NCBI GenBank assembly: GCA_041664165.1
Contig: JBAYLH010000003.1
Span: forward strand, 3,247 to 67,246
DNA: 64,000 nt
Direction of reading: 5' to 3'
DNA from: Candidatus Buchananbacteria bacterium
GTDB taxonomy: Bacteria > Patescibacteriota > Patescibacteriia > Buchananbacterales > UBA6539
This document shows positions 30,620 to 40,618 of the stretch, one piece after another (position 1 is the first letter of the stretch; every line of letters begins with the position of its first letter). The notes below the pieces were generated by a model. The model made no database searches, was not told the DNA's origin, and saw only the letters and a list, made by a program, of their open reading frames with translations. A program made the position numbers and the translations under genes.

Positions 30620-31361
30620 AAAAATAAAAAAATCCCACTTGCTATCAATATTAGTAATTATTTTTTTAATGCTGGCCTGGATTGTATTTGAATTGTCGCT
30701 TGATGACCCCAAAGGAAAGGTGAATGTGGTTAAAAAAATTTATTACCAGACCGTCCGCATTATTATCCCAATTAAACCCGCCATTAGGCTGGCTGTCCCC
30801 TACCACCGCCAGGAACATGCTCTCTCTTGCGAAGTTGCTTCGTTACTGATGGCTTTACAATACCGCGGCGTCAAGATAACTGAAAACGAACTGATTCAAC
30901 AACTACCCGTTTCCGACCCAGGCCCGCGCCAAAAAAACAATACTTGGGGTGATCCGAATTCAGGCTTTGTCGGTAATATCAATGGCACCATGCCCGATAC
31001 CGGCTACGGCGTTTACCAGCAGCCGATTTATGATTTAGCGGCCAAATATCGCCAGGCCAAAATTATTACCGACGGGACAATAACTGACTTAATAACCGAA
31101 TTGGGCAACAATAACCCAATTGTGGTTTGGGGCGTAGTAGTCGGCAGAAACAAAGATATTTCCTGGAAAACGCCGGCCGGCAAAATTATTACGGCGCAAT
31201 TGGACGAACACGCTCGGACTTTAATCGGTTTTACCGGCAAATCGGATAATCCGGAATTAATGATTCTTTTGGATCCGCTTTATGGTGAAATCAGGCTGAA
31301 GGTCGCGGATTTTGTAAAAAATTGGGAACTGATGGGGAAAAAAGCCGTGGTCATTTACTAA
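30612..31361 (+). CDS. peptidase C39-like (papain-fold) domain protein, membrane anchored
   Basis: 249 aa with an N-terminal TM. YHRQEHALSCEVASLLMALQYRG resembles the catalytic Cys block of C39_2/BtrH-like peptidases. Confidence 0.45.
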   Translation: MAKKIKKSHLLSILVIIFLMLAWIVFELSLDDPKGKVNVVKKIYYQTVRIIIPIKPAIRLAVPYHRQEHALSCEVASLLMALQYRGVKITENELIQQLPVSDPGPRQKNNTWGDPNSGFVGNINGTMPDTGYGVYQQPIYDLAAKYRQAKIITDGTITDLITELGNNNPIVVWGVVVGRNKDISWKTPAGKIITAQLDEHARTLIGFTGKSDNPELMILLDPLYGEIRLKVADFVKNWELMGKKAVVIY

Positions 31362-31732
31362 CTATATTTACAATCGATAATAATTTTATGACTAGTATCT
31401 ACGAAAAAATTTTCGGCAAGGTAAAAAACAGTAGCAATTACTCAAACAAAGATAACTATGGCGGCTCCTACAACGCGGCCAGTCTCAGTTCTTCAATGAA
31501 CAAATTCCGAAACGCCGTCTATACCGGGGTGGCCGGAAAAAATTTATCCAAACAAGACGCCGATTTAATCATCGCCGTCATTGAGCCCCACTTAAAAGCT
31601 CTGCCGATCGGCGGCAAGCTGTCTTATTCGACTAAAATGTCAATGCGGGAAAAACTCTATCGGTATGTTTTAGCCGGCAAACTCAGCAAAGAAGACTTTG
31701 AAGACGCCAAACATGTTATTGAATTATTTTAA
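31322..31732 (+). CDS. hypothetical protein (start more likely the internal ATG near 31388)
   Basis: 136-aa ORF. No family recognised. Confidence 0.3.
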   Translation: MGTDGEKSRGHLLTIFTIDNNFMTSIYEKIFGKVKNSSNYSNKDNYGGSYNAASLSSSMNKFRNAVYTGVAGKNLSKQDADLIIAVIEPHLKALPIGGKLSYSTKMSMREKLYRYVLAGKLSKEDFEDAKHVIELF

Positions 31733-31749
31733 GCCTAAAATTTTATTTA

Positions 31750-32355
31750 ATGAAAAAATTGATAATTTTATTAGCTACCAGCTTTTTCCTAATTTCCGGC
31801 TGTACGGTTATAAATAACCAAAAAGACGGACTACCGCCAATTAAAACTGCTAACACCTACATTAACGACCAATACAATTTTTCCATTCAGTACCCCGATG
31901 ACCTGGCGCCGACATCAACTTTTCAGGTTTCTTACATTGTTTCCGATGCCTGGAGCTTGCTGGCCAGTCCGACTGGCACTGGCGATAAAATTGTCGCTTT
32001 TGTCGTTTCAGGCTCAAATAATATCACCAGCGCCGAACTGCGAATTGGCGCTAACCGCGACCAAACCGAAGTCAGCAAATGTACTAAGGCGCCGGATTTT
32101 GTCATCCCCAACGTTAAAAATGTTACAATTAACGGCACCAATTTTATCGATTTTGAATGGAACGACGCGGCGATGAGCCACTACAATTTCGTCCGAGCCT
32201 ACCGCACGGTAAAAAATAATGTCTGCATCGCCGTTGAGCTTTTTGTTGCCGGGACTAACCCGCAAGTTTACGACCCACCGGCCACGCCGCCATTTACCCA
32301 AGACTATGCTTTTGCCCAACTCGAAAAAATTCTGCAGACGCTGACTTTTCACTAA
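31750..32355 (+). CDS. lipoprotein, hypothetical
   Basis: 201 aa. The lipobox is LISGC. A rho-independent terminator (CCCCGG...CCGGGG + T-run) follows at ~32365-32400. Confidence 0.45.
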   Translation: MKKLIILLATSFFLISGCTVINNQKDGLPPIKTANTYINDQYNFSIQYPDDLAPTSTFQVSYIVSDAWSLLASPTGTGDKIVAFVVSGSNNITSAELRIGANRDQTEVSKCTKAPDFVIPNVKNVTINGTNFIDFEWNDAAMSHYNFVRAYRTVKNNVCIAVELFVAGTNPQVYDPPATPPFTQDYAFAQLEKILQTLTFH

Positions 32356-32504
32356 AAAAATTACTTCCCACCCCGGTTATTCGCCGGGGCTTTTGTTTTA
32401 CTGTTTATAATCGCTTTCTAATTTCAGTCCGCCCAAGTCTTTTATTGGTCTATGGCGAGTAACCGGACAAAAAAAAGGATACTCAATTTTTTGAATATCC
32501 TTGA

Positions 32505-32792
32505 CTAAACACCGCTGGACACAGCTTGTCGCTCACTGAAGACTACTCTTTGGCATTCACGACAGCGGTACTCCCTGAATACCAAAACTGTACTCTTGAG
32601 GAATATAACTCCAAAGTCGACTTCCTCATGTTCAGTCACTTCTAATCTCCCCCCACATTTAGGGCACTTCCCACCCTCTACTACCTTCCAATTCCACCTG
32701 GCCCTTCTTTTTACTTCAGACATCGAGAAGCAAAGAAGTAAACCAATGCCAAACAATGCTGCCCCCGACCCTACCCAGATCCAATTTTCCAT
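32505..32792 (-). CDS. small membrane protein with C4 zinc ribbon (CPKCGG...CRECQ)
   Basis: 95 aa, an N-terminal TM helix and two CxxC pairs. Confidence 0.35.
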   Translation of the reverse strand: MENWIWVGSGAALFGIGLLLCFSMSEVKRRARWNWKVVEGGKCPKCGGRLEVTEHEEVDFGVIFLKSTVLVFREYRCRECQRVVFSERQAVSSGV

Positions 32793-32903
32793 TTCTTGCT
32801 CCTCTCAAAACCGCTCCAAGAGCGGCTGTGGTTTCCTTACTTTTTACTCCGATTCGAATAACTTGTCAATATATATAGCTGGCTATTTTTTTGTTAACTT
32901 TGA

Positions 32904-34298
32904 TTATTCTTTCACCGGCTCGCTGTGAACGACCACTCTTTTAATCGCCGGCTTATGCTGGCGAGCCAAATACTCAATCTGGCTGGAAATATTGTGAGCG
33001 GCTTCCAAAGACAAATCGTTATTGAAACTGGCATGAATGGCGATAAAATAATTTTCACCAAATCGTTTGATGGAAATTTCGTGAAGATTTTTGACCAAAG
33101 GCAAATCATTTTTTATTTTGGCAAACAACCGGTTAATTTCTTCAATTTCGGTTTGGCCGACTGGCTGGCCAATCAGCGTCTTTTCGTCAACTGGCTCGAT
33201 GTGGGTATTAATCGTTACTTCTTCGGCTAATTCTTTTCTGATTTGGTCTTCCAGTTGGCTGGCAATTTCATGGGCTTTTTCAACCGAAAAAGCCTGGCTG
33301 ATTTCTAAATCAAAACTGACATCAAGCTTACCAGCCAAGGATTGAACCGAGATATCGTGAACCGAAACATCATAATTAGCCGCCACCAGCTGGACTTTTT
33401 CCGCAATCGTTTCACTGTCAATTCGCATCGGCTTAACGCTAACTGACAAATCAGCCTGGGGTAAATATTTTTTTACTTCCGCTTCAATATTTTTGATAAT
33501 TTGCTCAACTTTAGCTTGCGGTAATTTCCGGTTGACGCCAACCAATAAATCAATGAAAAGCGCCGATCCGGCCGGCCGGACTCTTAGTTTTTCGATATTC
33601 AAAACTCCGTCAACCTGAATGACGATTCCGGCAATTTTTTCCGCTGTCCCTTCCGGCGCCGCGTCAATTAAAACATCAATGGTTCTTTTGCCTAAGCGCC
33701 AGCCGGCAACAATCACCAAAACGGCCACCGCCAAAGCGGCAATCGCATCAGCGCCATTGACGCCAAAACTAACCAAGGCCAAACCGACTAAAACTACGGC
33801 TGAGCTCCAAATATCGGAGCTGAAATGCAAAGCATCCGCTTCCAAAGCCTGGCTTTTGGTTTGTTTGGCGACTTTAGCTAAAGCCCGAGACCGGGAAAAA
33901 TCGACGACGATGGAAATAACGATAATCGCAAAAGCATACCAAGTCGCTTCGACTTCGACTGATTCAAAAAACAAACGCTTGATGCTTTCGTAAATAATCC
34001 AGCCGCTGGTTAGAAAAAGCAGGCCGGTTTCAATTAAGGCTGAAACGCTTTCGGTTTTAGTGTGGCCGAATTGATGGCGCTCGTCCGCCGGTTTGTCCGA
34101 CACCCGGACGGCAAAATAGGTCAATAACGCCGCGCCTAAATCCAAAGCCGAATGAACGGCTTCCGAAATTATGCCCAAACTCATGGTAACAACACCCACC
34201 ATTAATTTGCCGCCCGTCAAAAACAGGCTGGCAAAAACCGAGCTTAGAGCGACTGATTCTTTTTGGTTAATTTTAGCCATAAATATTATTCTTGTCAT
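32904..34298 (-). CDS. cation diffusion facilitator (CDF) family metal efflux transporter with extended C-terminal cytoplasmic region
   Basis: 464 aa. The N-terminal TM domain carries CDF motifs (SEAVHSALDLGAALLTY...HQFGHTKTESV). The long C-terminus has duplicated alpha/beta regions. Confidence 0.8.
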   Translation of the reverse strand: MTRIIFMAKINQKESVALSSVFASLFLTGGKLMVGVVTMSLGIISEAVHSALDLGAALLTYFAVRVSDKPADERHQFGHTKTESVSALIETGLLFLTSGWIIYESIKRLFFESVEVEATWYAFAIIVISIVVDFSRSRALAKVAKQTKSQALEADALHFSSDIWSSAVVLVGLALVSFGVNGADAIAALAVAVLVIVAGWRLGKRTIDVLIDAAPEGTAEKIAGIVIQVDGVLNIEKLRVRPAGSALFIDLLVGVNRKLPQAKVEQIIKNIEAEVKKYLPQADLSVSVKPMRIDSETIAEKVQLVAANYDVSVHDISVQSLAGKLDVSFDLEISQAFSVEKAHEIASQLEDQIRKELAEEVTINTHIEPVDEKTLIGQPVGQTEIEEINRLFAKIKNDLPLVKNLHEISIKRFGENYFIAIHASFNNDLSLEAAHNISSQIEYLARQHKPAIKRVVVHSEPVKE

Positions 34299-34383
34299 TA
34301 TAGCATAACGGCAAAAAACTTAAATAGCCAGCCATTTACTTATTTTTCTTCACTTAAAACTGATAAAACGGTATAATAAACCC

Positions 34384-35643
34384 ATGAAGAAAACCAAAAA
34401 AGAAAATTTATGGCAAAAATTGGGGCCGGGTTTTATCACCGGCGCGTCCGACGACGATCCGTCCGGAATTGCCACTTACACCCAGGTCGGAGCTCAGTTT
34501 GGCTTCGGCCAAATTTGGTCGGTGATTTTTTTATGGCCGTTAATGTCAGCGATTCAAGAAATGGTTGGCCGGATTGGCATGGTGGCTGGCCGCGGCTTGG
34601 TTGGCGTGATTAAAAATACTTATTCAAAATGGGTGGTTTATGTTTTCATTATTCTAATTTTAATCGCCAATACCGTTAATATCGGCGCGGACTTAGGCGC
34701 CATGGCAGCTTCAACGAATTTAATTGTCCCACAAATCCCTTTCCCGGTTTTAGCCATCGGCTATACGGTTTTAATTTTATTTTTAGAAATATTTTTAAGC
34801 TACAAAGTCTATGCCAAAATTTTAAAGTGGCTGGCTCTAAGCCTTTTCAGCTACCTGTTGACTCTGATTATCGTTACCAGCAACTGGGGCGAAATTTTAG
34901 CCCGGGTTTTAGTGCCGACGATTATTTTAAGCAAAGAATTTGTCATTGCTTTAACCGCGGTTTTTGGCACGACCATTTCACCTTATCTTTTTGTCTGGCA
35001 GTCAAACGAGGAAGTTGAGGAAGAAATTTCTTTAGGCCGCAATACGCTTAAAAAAAGGCTTGGCGCCACGGCCAAAGAGATTAAGACCATGCGCCGCGAT
35101 ACTTTGGTTGGCATGGCTTTTTCCCAAATTATCACTTTCTGTATTATCGGCACCGCGGCTAATACTTTTTTTAAAAATGGCATTTTTGACATTCAAAGCA
35201 CCGCCCAGGCGGCTCAAGCCTTAGAACCGCTAGTCGGCCGCTTTGCTTCTTTGGTTTTCAGTATCGGCGTCGTCGGTACCGGCCTTTTAGCCGTACCGGT
35301 TCTTTCCGCTTCCGCCGCTTATGCTTTAGCCGAAGCTTTTGACTGGTCAGAAGGGCTTAACAAAAAATTCCGCCAGGCCCACGGTTTTTATGGCATCATT
35401 ACCATTTCGACTTTGATTGGCTTATTGATAAATTTTGTCGGCCTTAACCCGATTAAAGCCTTGTTTTGGTCAGCGGTTTTAAATGGCTTAGTCACTCCCC
35501 CGCTTTTAGCCATAATTTTAAAAACCGCCAATAATCCGAAAGTGATGGGAAAGCTAACCAATAAAAATTTAGCCAATATTTTAGGCTATGTTACTCTCAT
35601 CTGCACTACCGCTTGTGCGATTTTAATTTTTGTCCTAAATTGA
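34384..35643 (+). CDS. mntH: NRAMP-family divalent metal (Mn2+/Fe2+) transporter
   Basis: 419 aa. LGPGFITGASDDDPSGIATYTQVGAQFGFG is the NRAMP signature. About 11 TM helices. Confidence 0.85.
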   Translation: MKKTKKENLWQKLGPGFITGASDDDPSGIATYTQVGAQFGFGQIWSVIFLWPLMSAIQEMVGRIGMVAGRGLVGVIKNTYSKWVVYVFIILILIANTVNIGADLGAMAASTNLIVPQIPFPVLAIGYTVLILFLEIFLSYKVYAKILKWLALSLFSYLLTLIIVTSNWGEILARVLVPTIILSKEFVIALTAVFGTTISPYLFVWQSNEEVEEEISLGRNTLKKRLGATAKEIKTMRRDTLVGMAFSQIITFCIIGTAANTFFKNGIFDIQSTAQAAQALEPLVGRFASLVFSIGVVGTGLLAVPVLSASAAYALAEAFDWSEGLNKKFRQAHGFYGIITISTLIGLLINFVGLNPIKALFWSAVLNGLVTPPLLAIILKTANNPKVMGKLTNKNLANILGYVTLICTTACAILIFVLN

Positions 35644-35650
35644 AAAAACG

Positions 35651-35881
35651 ATGATTATAAAAATTCTGGGCTCCGGCTGCCCCAATTGTAAAAAACTAGA
35701 AGCCAATACCGAAAAAGCTTTGGCTAATTTGGGTCTTGTCGCCAAAATCGAAAAAGTCACCGACTTTGCAGAAATTATGGCCTATGGCGTATTAGGGTTA
35801 CCGGCCATAGTTATTGACGAGGAATTAAAATCTTTCGGCCGGGTTTTGAAAACCGAAGAAATTGAAAAAATCATCAAATAG
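35651..35881 (+). CDS. thioredoxin-fold redox-active disulfide protein (CPNC active site)
   Basis: 76 aa. MIIKILGSGCPNCKKLE resembles the TM0487 / redox-active disulfide protein 2 family. Confidence 0.75.
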   Translation: MIIKILGSGCPNCKKLEANTEKALANLGLVAKIEKVTDFAEIMAYGVLGLPAIVIDEELKSFGRVLKTEEIEKIIK

Positions 35882-35883
35882 CT

Positions 35884-36837
35884 ATGCTGCAAAATTTTAG
35901 CCATTACTTAACTTACCAAATTCTAGGAATAAAAAATGCGCTTTTGGCCGAAAGCGTAAATTTTTTTATAGCTGACAGCATCAAAATCATCGCTTTGCTT
36001 ATTATTATTACCCAGCTAATGAGCTTGGTTCGCTATTATTTGCCAATTCAAAAACTAAAAAACTTTTTAACGAGTAAAAAACTTTACGGCTTGGATTATT
36101 TTTTGGCGGCGATTTTCGGGGCGATTACCCCATTTTGCACCTGTTCTTCAATCCCGATTTTTATCGGTTTTTTACAGGCTCAAATTCCGCTCGGGGTAAC
36201 TTTTGCCTTCTTGATAACTTCGCCCCTGGTCAACGAAGTGGCCGTGATAATGCTTTTCGGCATCTTCGGTCTGAAAGTAGCCATTATCTACGCAGCGGCG
36301 GGCATTTTAATCGGCGTGATTGGCGGCTATTTATTGGGTCGGCTCAAAATGGAAAAGTACGTAGCGGCATATATCAGCCAGCCGAAAAACCAGCCGGAAA
36401 ATATTACAAAAGAAAACTTAAAATTCAAAAAAGTTTTAGTGATTACTAGTGCCGAAGCCTTTGGGATTATTAAACAAGTAGTTCCTTATCTATTAATCGG
36501 CATTGCTTTGGGAGCGGCAATTCACGGCTTCGTGCCTCAAGGCTTTTTTGAAAAATATATTACCAAGCAAAACATCTTTGCCGTTCCCTTGGCCGTAATT
36601 TTCGGCGTTCCTTTGTATTCTAACGCCACCGGCGTAATCCCGATTATTCAAGCCTTGGTTGCCAAAGGCATACCTTTGGGTACGGCTTTGGCTTTTATGA
36701 TGGCCACTGTTGGCTTGTCTTTGCCGGAAGCCTTGATTTTAAAAAAAGTGATAAAATTACCGCTCCTATTGGCTTTTTTCGGCTTAGTCAGCGGCGGCAT
36801 AATCTTACTCGGCTATTTCTTTAATTTTATCTTTTAA
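35884..36837 (+). CDS. predicted permease (COG0701/ArsP-like) partnered with the thioredoxin-like gene
   Basis: 317 aa polytopic. A conserved CxC (PFCTCSS) sits in a TM region. The gene order thioredoxin-like + permease is a recurrent pair. Confidence 0.6.
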   Translation: MLQNFSHYLTYQILGIKNALLAESVNFFIADSIKIIALLIIITQLMSLVRYYLPIQKLKNFLTSKKLYGLDYFLAAIFGAITPFCTCSSIPIFIGFLQAQIPLGVTFAFLITSPLVNEVAVIMLFGIFGLKVAIIYAAAGILIGVIGGYLLGRLKMEKYVAAYISQPKNQPENITKENLKFKKVLVITSAEAFGIIKQVVPYLLIGIALGAAIHGFVPQGFFEKYITKQNIFAVPLAVIFGVPLYSNATGVIPIIQALVAKGIPLGTALAFMMATVGLSLPEALILKKVIKLPLLLAFFGLVSGGIILLGYFFNFIF

Positions 36838-36866
36838 ATTTCCTTAAACCATGATAAAATACTCTC

Positions 36867-37799
36867 ATGCTATTCAGTTTCATTATTATCATTTTAGGCC
36901 TCTGTCTTTTTGAAATAATCAGCAGCGTTGACAATGCCGTCATCAATGCCCATGTCTTGAAGACAATGCCGGAAAAATACCGCAAGATTTTTTTATTTTG
37001 GGGCATTTTATTTGCTGTCTTTATCGTCCGCGGCATTTTGCCTTTTGTAATTGTCTGGATTGCCAATCCTCAGCTTTCGATAATTGAGGTTTTCACTTTT
37101 GCCTTTTCTTCCGGCAAAGAAATAGAAGCTTACGTTGAACAATCAAAACCGCTGCTGCTTTTGGGCGGCGGCATTTACCTATTTTTTGTCTTTTTGGCCT
37201 GGCTGTTTTTGGAAGAAAAAAAATACGCTTTTTTGGCGGAAAATTTCATCCACCGCCAGGGTATCTGGTTTTACGCGATTTCTTCAATCACTCTGACGAC
37301 GATTATCTTTTTAAGCTTGAAAGAAAATCCCTTCTTGGCGCTTTCGGCTTCGATTGGCGCCACGGCTTTCTTTATTACCGACGGTTTCAAAAAAAACGCC
37401 GAGGATCAGGAAAAAAAGCTGCTTGATCCGAATAACAAGCTGAGTGCCTGGAGCAAAATTTTATATTTGGAAATTTTAGACGCTTCCTTTTCGATTGACG
37501 GCGTCATTGGCGCTTTTGCCTTTACCATTTCCGTGCCGTTGATTCTTTTGGGTAATGGCTTGGGCGCCGTGGTGGTTCGGCAATTAACGGTTAAAGGCAT
37601 TGATCAAATTGCTAAATTCGCTTTTTTGAAAAACGGCGCCATGTACGCTATCGGCGTTTTGGGCGGGATTATGATTTTGGAAAGTTTCGGCCGCGAATAT
37701 CCTTTCTGGCTGGCGCCGGTAACCACGACCGGACTTTTGGCTTTCTTTTTGTATATCTCCCTCAAAGAAATGAAAAAAAATCCAGCCAACAATAGCTAA
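36867..37799 (+). CDS. TerC/DUF475-like integral membrane protein
   Basis: 310 aa. EIISSVDNAVINAHV and a second ..DASFSIDGVIGAFAF repeat are typical of the TerC/DUF475 family. Confidence 0.55.
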   Translation: MLFSFIIIILGLCLFEIISSVDNAVINAHVLKTMPEKYRKIFLFWGILFAVFIVRGILPFVIVWIANPQLSIIEVFTFAFSSGKEIEAYVEQSKPLLLLGGGIYLFFVFLAWLFLEEKKYAFLAENFIHRQGIWFYAISSITLTTIIFLSLKENPFLALSASIGATAFFITDGFKKNAEDQEKKLLDPNNKLSAWSKILYLEILDASFSIDGVIGAFAFTISVPLILLGNGLGAVVVRQLTVKGIDQIAKFAFLKNGAMYAIGVLGGIMILESFGREYPFWLAPVTTTGLLAFFLYISLKEMKKNPANNS

Positions 37800-37888
37800 G
37801 GGGGAATAAATAACACTCTGTAAAAAAAATCCGGGGGATACCATTTCCGCCGGTTTTTTGGTAAAATTATAGAAAAGCCGGACTAATT

Positions 37889-39928
37889 ATGAATAAAGTC
37901 ATTAACTTTTTAAAACAAAAAAAACTGGCCTCAATCCTAATAATTTTGGTTTCGGCCGTTTTGGCTTACTCTAATATTTTTGGCAATGATTTTGTCTGGG
38001 ACGACCCGGATTTTTACCAAAACTGGCCGGCCCTTTACAGTTTTGATAATGCCGGGCAGCTTTTAGCGGGCGAAACGCCGCTGCAGCACCAAGGAGTCTT
38101 TCGGCCGCTGCGCAGCATTATCCAACTAGTCTTATTTCAGCTATTCGGGCCGAATAGCACCTGGCCTTATCACCTGATTTCTCTTTTAATCCATCTTGCC
38201 GGTATTATTGCCGTTTACTTGATTATTGAAATCATCACTAAAAAACGCACCATCGCCTTTCTGACGGCCTGGTTTTTTGCCCTTCATCCCCTGCACACCG
38301 AAGCGATCAGCTATATCACCACCAGTATTGACGTCGCCGGCGCGGCTATGATGCTTTGGTCGCTTTATTTCTATTTAGCTTTCCGTTTTTTGGCCCGACC
38401 TAAAATTTATTTTTTCAGTTCAATAATTCTGGCTTGGCTTTCTTTTTTCACTTACGAAATAACTTTGATTTTGCCGCTATTGATTTTACTGATTGAGTGG
38501 TATAAAGCCGGCTTTAATTACCAGATAATTTTTACCAAAATCAAAACCCTTTGGCTTTTTTGGCTGGGCATTTTAGCTTACATTTTTACCCGCTTGTCTT
38601 TGCATATCGGCGGGCGGCTTTTAGCTTCGGATCCAACCCAAAATTCTTTACCCGTCAGGCTGTTAACGATGGGTAAAGCGATTGTCAAATACATTTATCT
38701 GCTGATAATCCCCTGGCCGCTGAATGTTTACCATAAAATTGACGCCAGTTTTTCCTTGGCCGAACCAAAAGTCTTACTAGCCTGGCTGCTAATCTTGGCA
38801 ATAGCGGCCGTAACAATTTTAAACGCCAAAAAATTAAAACTGGCCTGTGTCGCCCTGCTTTGGTTTTTTGTTTGCCTACTGCCGGTATCCAATGTCTTTC
38901 CGACCGGAACTATAATGGCGGAAAAATATATCTATCTGGCTTCGGTCAGCATTTGCCTGCTATTGGCTTTACTGATTGATTATTTAATCAGTCGGCCGAA
39001 AGTTGTTTGGCAGGTCGTTGGCTTAATTACGGCATTAATTATTGCCGGGTTTTACGGCGCGGCGACTTACGCCAGAAATTTTGACTGGCGGGATAATATC
39101 ACGCTTTGGCAAAAAACTTTATTAGTCCGGCCGGACTATGGCCGGGTTTATAATAATTTAGGCTTCAGCTATTACTTAAAAAAAGATTACCAAAAGGCTT
39201 TGGCTAACTTTTTGCAGGCGGAAAAGCTCGAACCGAACCTGCCCTTAATCTACCATAATTTGGGTAATACCTATGACGAACTCGGCCAAAGCCAGGAAGC
39301 GATTGGCAGCTACCTTGAGGCGATTAAAATTGACAAGGAAAATACTTTTTATAACTACGCGGAAACTTACAATAACCTCGGAACGGTTTACCAAAAAATC
39401 GGCGAATACCAAAAAGCCGAAGAAAGCTATCAAAAGGCAATCACGGCCGACGAAAGCTATTTCCGCGCTGATTCCAACTTGGGTTTTATTTCTTTATTAG
39501 CTAAAGATTATAGCCAAGCCAAAGAATTTTTTGAAAAAGCCCTGGCGATTAATTCTAACTTTGCCCCCGCCTGGCACGGTTTGGCTGTTACCGATTTTAA
39601 TTTAGGCCAAACCCAAGAAGCCGTTGACAGCTACCTTAAATCAATCGAGCTCGGCCCGGACATAATCGATAATTATAGCCACTTGGCTTCAATTTATATG
39701 CAAAATGGCCAAACCCAAAAAGCCGTTGAAATCCTGGAAAAAGGCGCGGCCAATAATCCTCAAAACGCCGAAATCCAAACTAACTTGGCGATTATTTTAG
39801 CCAACAGCGGCCAGCTGGAAAAAGCCGTGGCGGGTTTAAAAAAAGCCTTAACCATTAACCCTAATTATTTACCGGCTCAAAAGACTCTGGCCGAGATTTT
39901 AAAAAAAATTAACGCCATAAAAAACTAA
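37889..39928 (+). CDS. polytopic membrane protein with C-terminal TPR repeats (TMTC/PMT-like glycosyltransferase family)
   Basis: 679 aa. The N-terminal ~400 aa has multiple TM helices and a VWDDPDFY motif. The C-terminal ~270 aa are 6-7 TPR units (..YNNLG..Y...G.Y..A...Y..A...). Confidence 0.55.
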   Translation: MNKVINFLKQKKLASILIILVSAVLAYSNIFGNDFVWDDPDFYQNWPALYSFDNAGQLLAGETPLQHQGVFRPLRSIIQLVLFQLFGPNSTWPYHLISLLIHLAGIIAVYLIIEIITKKRTIAFLTAWFFALHPLHTEAISYITTSIDVAGAAMMLWSLYFYLAFRFLARPKIYFFSSIILAWLSFFTYEITLILPLLILLIEWYKAGFNYQIIFTKIKTLWLFWLGILAYIFTRLSLHIGGRLLASDPTQNSLPVRLLTMGKAIVKYIYLLIIPWPLNVYHKIDASFSLAEPKVLLAWLLILAIAAVTILNAKKLKLACVALLWFFVCLLPVSNVFPTGTIMAEKYIYLASVSICLLLALLIDYLISRPKVVWQVVGLITALIIAGFYGAATYARNFDWRDNITLWQKTLLVRPDYGRVYNNLGFSYYLKKDYQKALANFLQAEKLEPNLPLIYHNLGNTYDELGQSQEAIGSYLEAIKIDKENTFYNYAETYNNLGTVYQKIGEYQKAEESYQKAITADESYFRADSNLGFISLLAKDYSQAKEFFEKALAINSNFAPAWHGLAVTDFNLGQTQEAVDSYLKSIELGPDIIDNYSHLASIYMQNGQTQKAVEILEKGAANNPQNAEIQTNLAIILANSGQLEKAVAGLKKALTINPNYLPAQKTLAEILKKINAIKN

Positions 39929-39966
39929 TTTTAATTTTGATAGCTTAAAAAATTACCTTTAAACTT

Positions 39967-40374
39967 ATGGCTGGCTTAGTCTATCTTTTCTCTCTAATTT
40001 ACACGGCGATTGCTAATACCGCCGGTTTAAGCCTCAATTCTGAAATCGACTTATTTTTAAACACCGCTTTGACTCTCAACCGATGGCTCTTTTTTATCGT
40101 TTTAGACTTGGCCGCGGCGATTTTTTTAGTCGGCATAATTATTACCGTTATCAGCATCGCCCGCGGCAACAAAAAATTCATCTGGGATAAATTCAGCTTC
40201 GGTTTTTCCTGCACGACCTGCCTGACTTTGCCTTTGCTTTTTTTACCCGTGGCTCAGGGTTTGGTTTATTGGGCTAATTTTTTGATGGCTAATTCTTTTT
40301 CAGCGGCAGGCATAATTGATCCGTTTAAATTTTGGTTTGGCCTGGTTTTGACGGTCTTGCTGATTTGGGGCTAG
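39967..40374 (+). CDS. hypothetical polytopic membrane protein
   Basis: 135 aa with four hydrophobic segments. Confidence 0.35.
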   Translation: MAGLVYLFSLIYTAIANTAGLSLNSEIDLFLNTALTLNRWLFFIVLDLAAAIFLVGIIITVISIARGNKKFIWDKFSFGFSCTTCLTLPLLFLPVAQGLVYWANFLMANSFSAAGIIDPFKFWFGLVLTVLLIWG

Positions 40375-40384
40375 ATAGTCTTGT

Positions 40385-40512
40385 CGGAGACCAACACTTG
40401 TGTTGGCGCTAAACTAATATTACAAAAACCAGTTTTACTCGCCGGGCTGCGTCGCGGAGACCAACACTTGTGTTGATGCTAAGTTAGTATTGCAAAACCA
40501 GTTTTACTCGCC
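40385..40512 (+). repeat. two tandem ~58-nt direct repeats, each containing the palindrome CCAACACTTGTGTTGG
   Basis: 40385-40443 and 40455-40512 are ~90% identical (cggagaccaacacttgtgttgg/a(c/t)gctaa..ttacaaaa(a)ccagttttactcgcc). They are followed by a bidirectional terminator. Confidence 0.8.
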
Positions 40513-40529
40513 ATGACAGGTGCGGGGTA

Positions 40530-40600
40530 AAGAAAAAGCGGACCAATCACCTTTCTAGCAATGCTTGCGCATAACTAGGGTGATCGGTCCGCTTGTATTT
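40530..40600. terminator. bidirectional rho-independent terminator
   Basis: A long stem AAGCGGACCAATCACC...GGGTGATCGGTCCGCTT with T-runs on both flanks. It sits between convergent genes. Confidence 0.6.
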
Positions 40601-40618
40601 TCGGCTCTTCCGCGCCGG

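Noticed and set aside
40385-40512. CRISPR array
   Set aside because: There are only two repeat units, ~58 nt long, separated by 11 nt. This is not a repeat-spacer architecture, and no cas genes are present.
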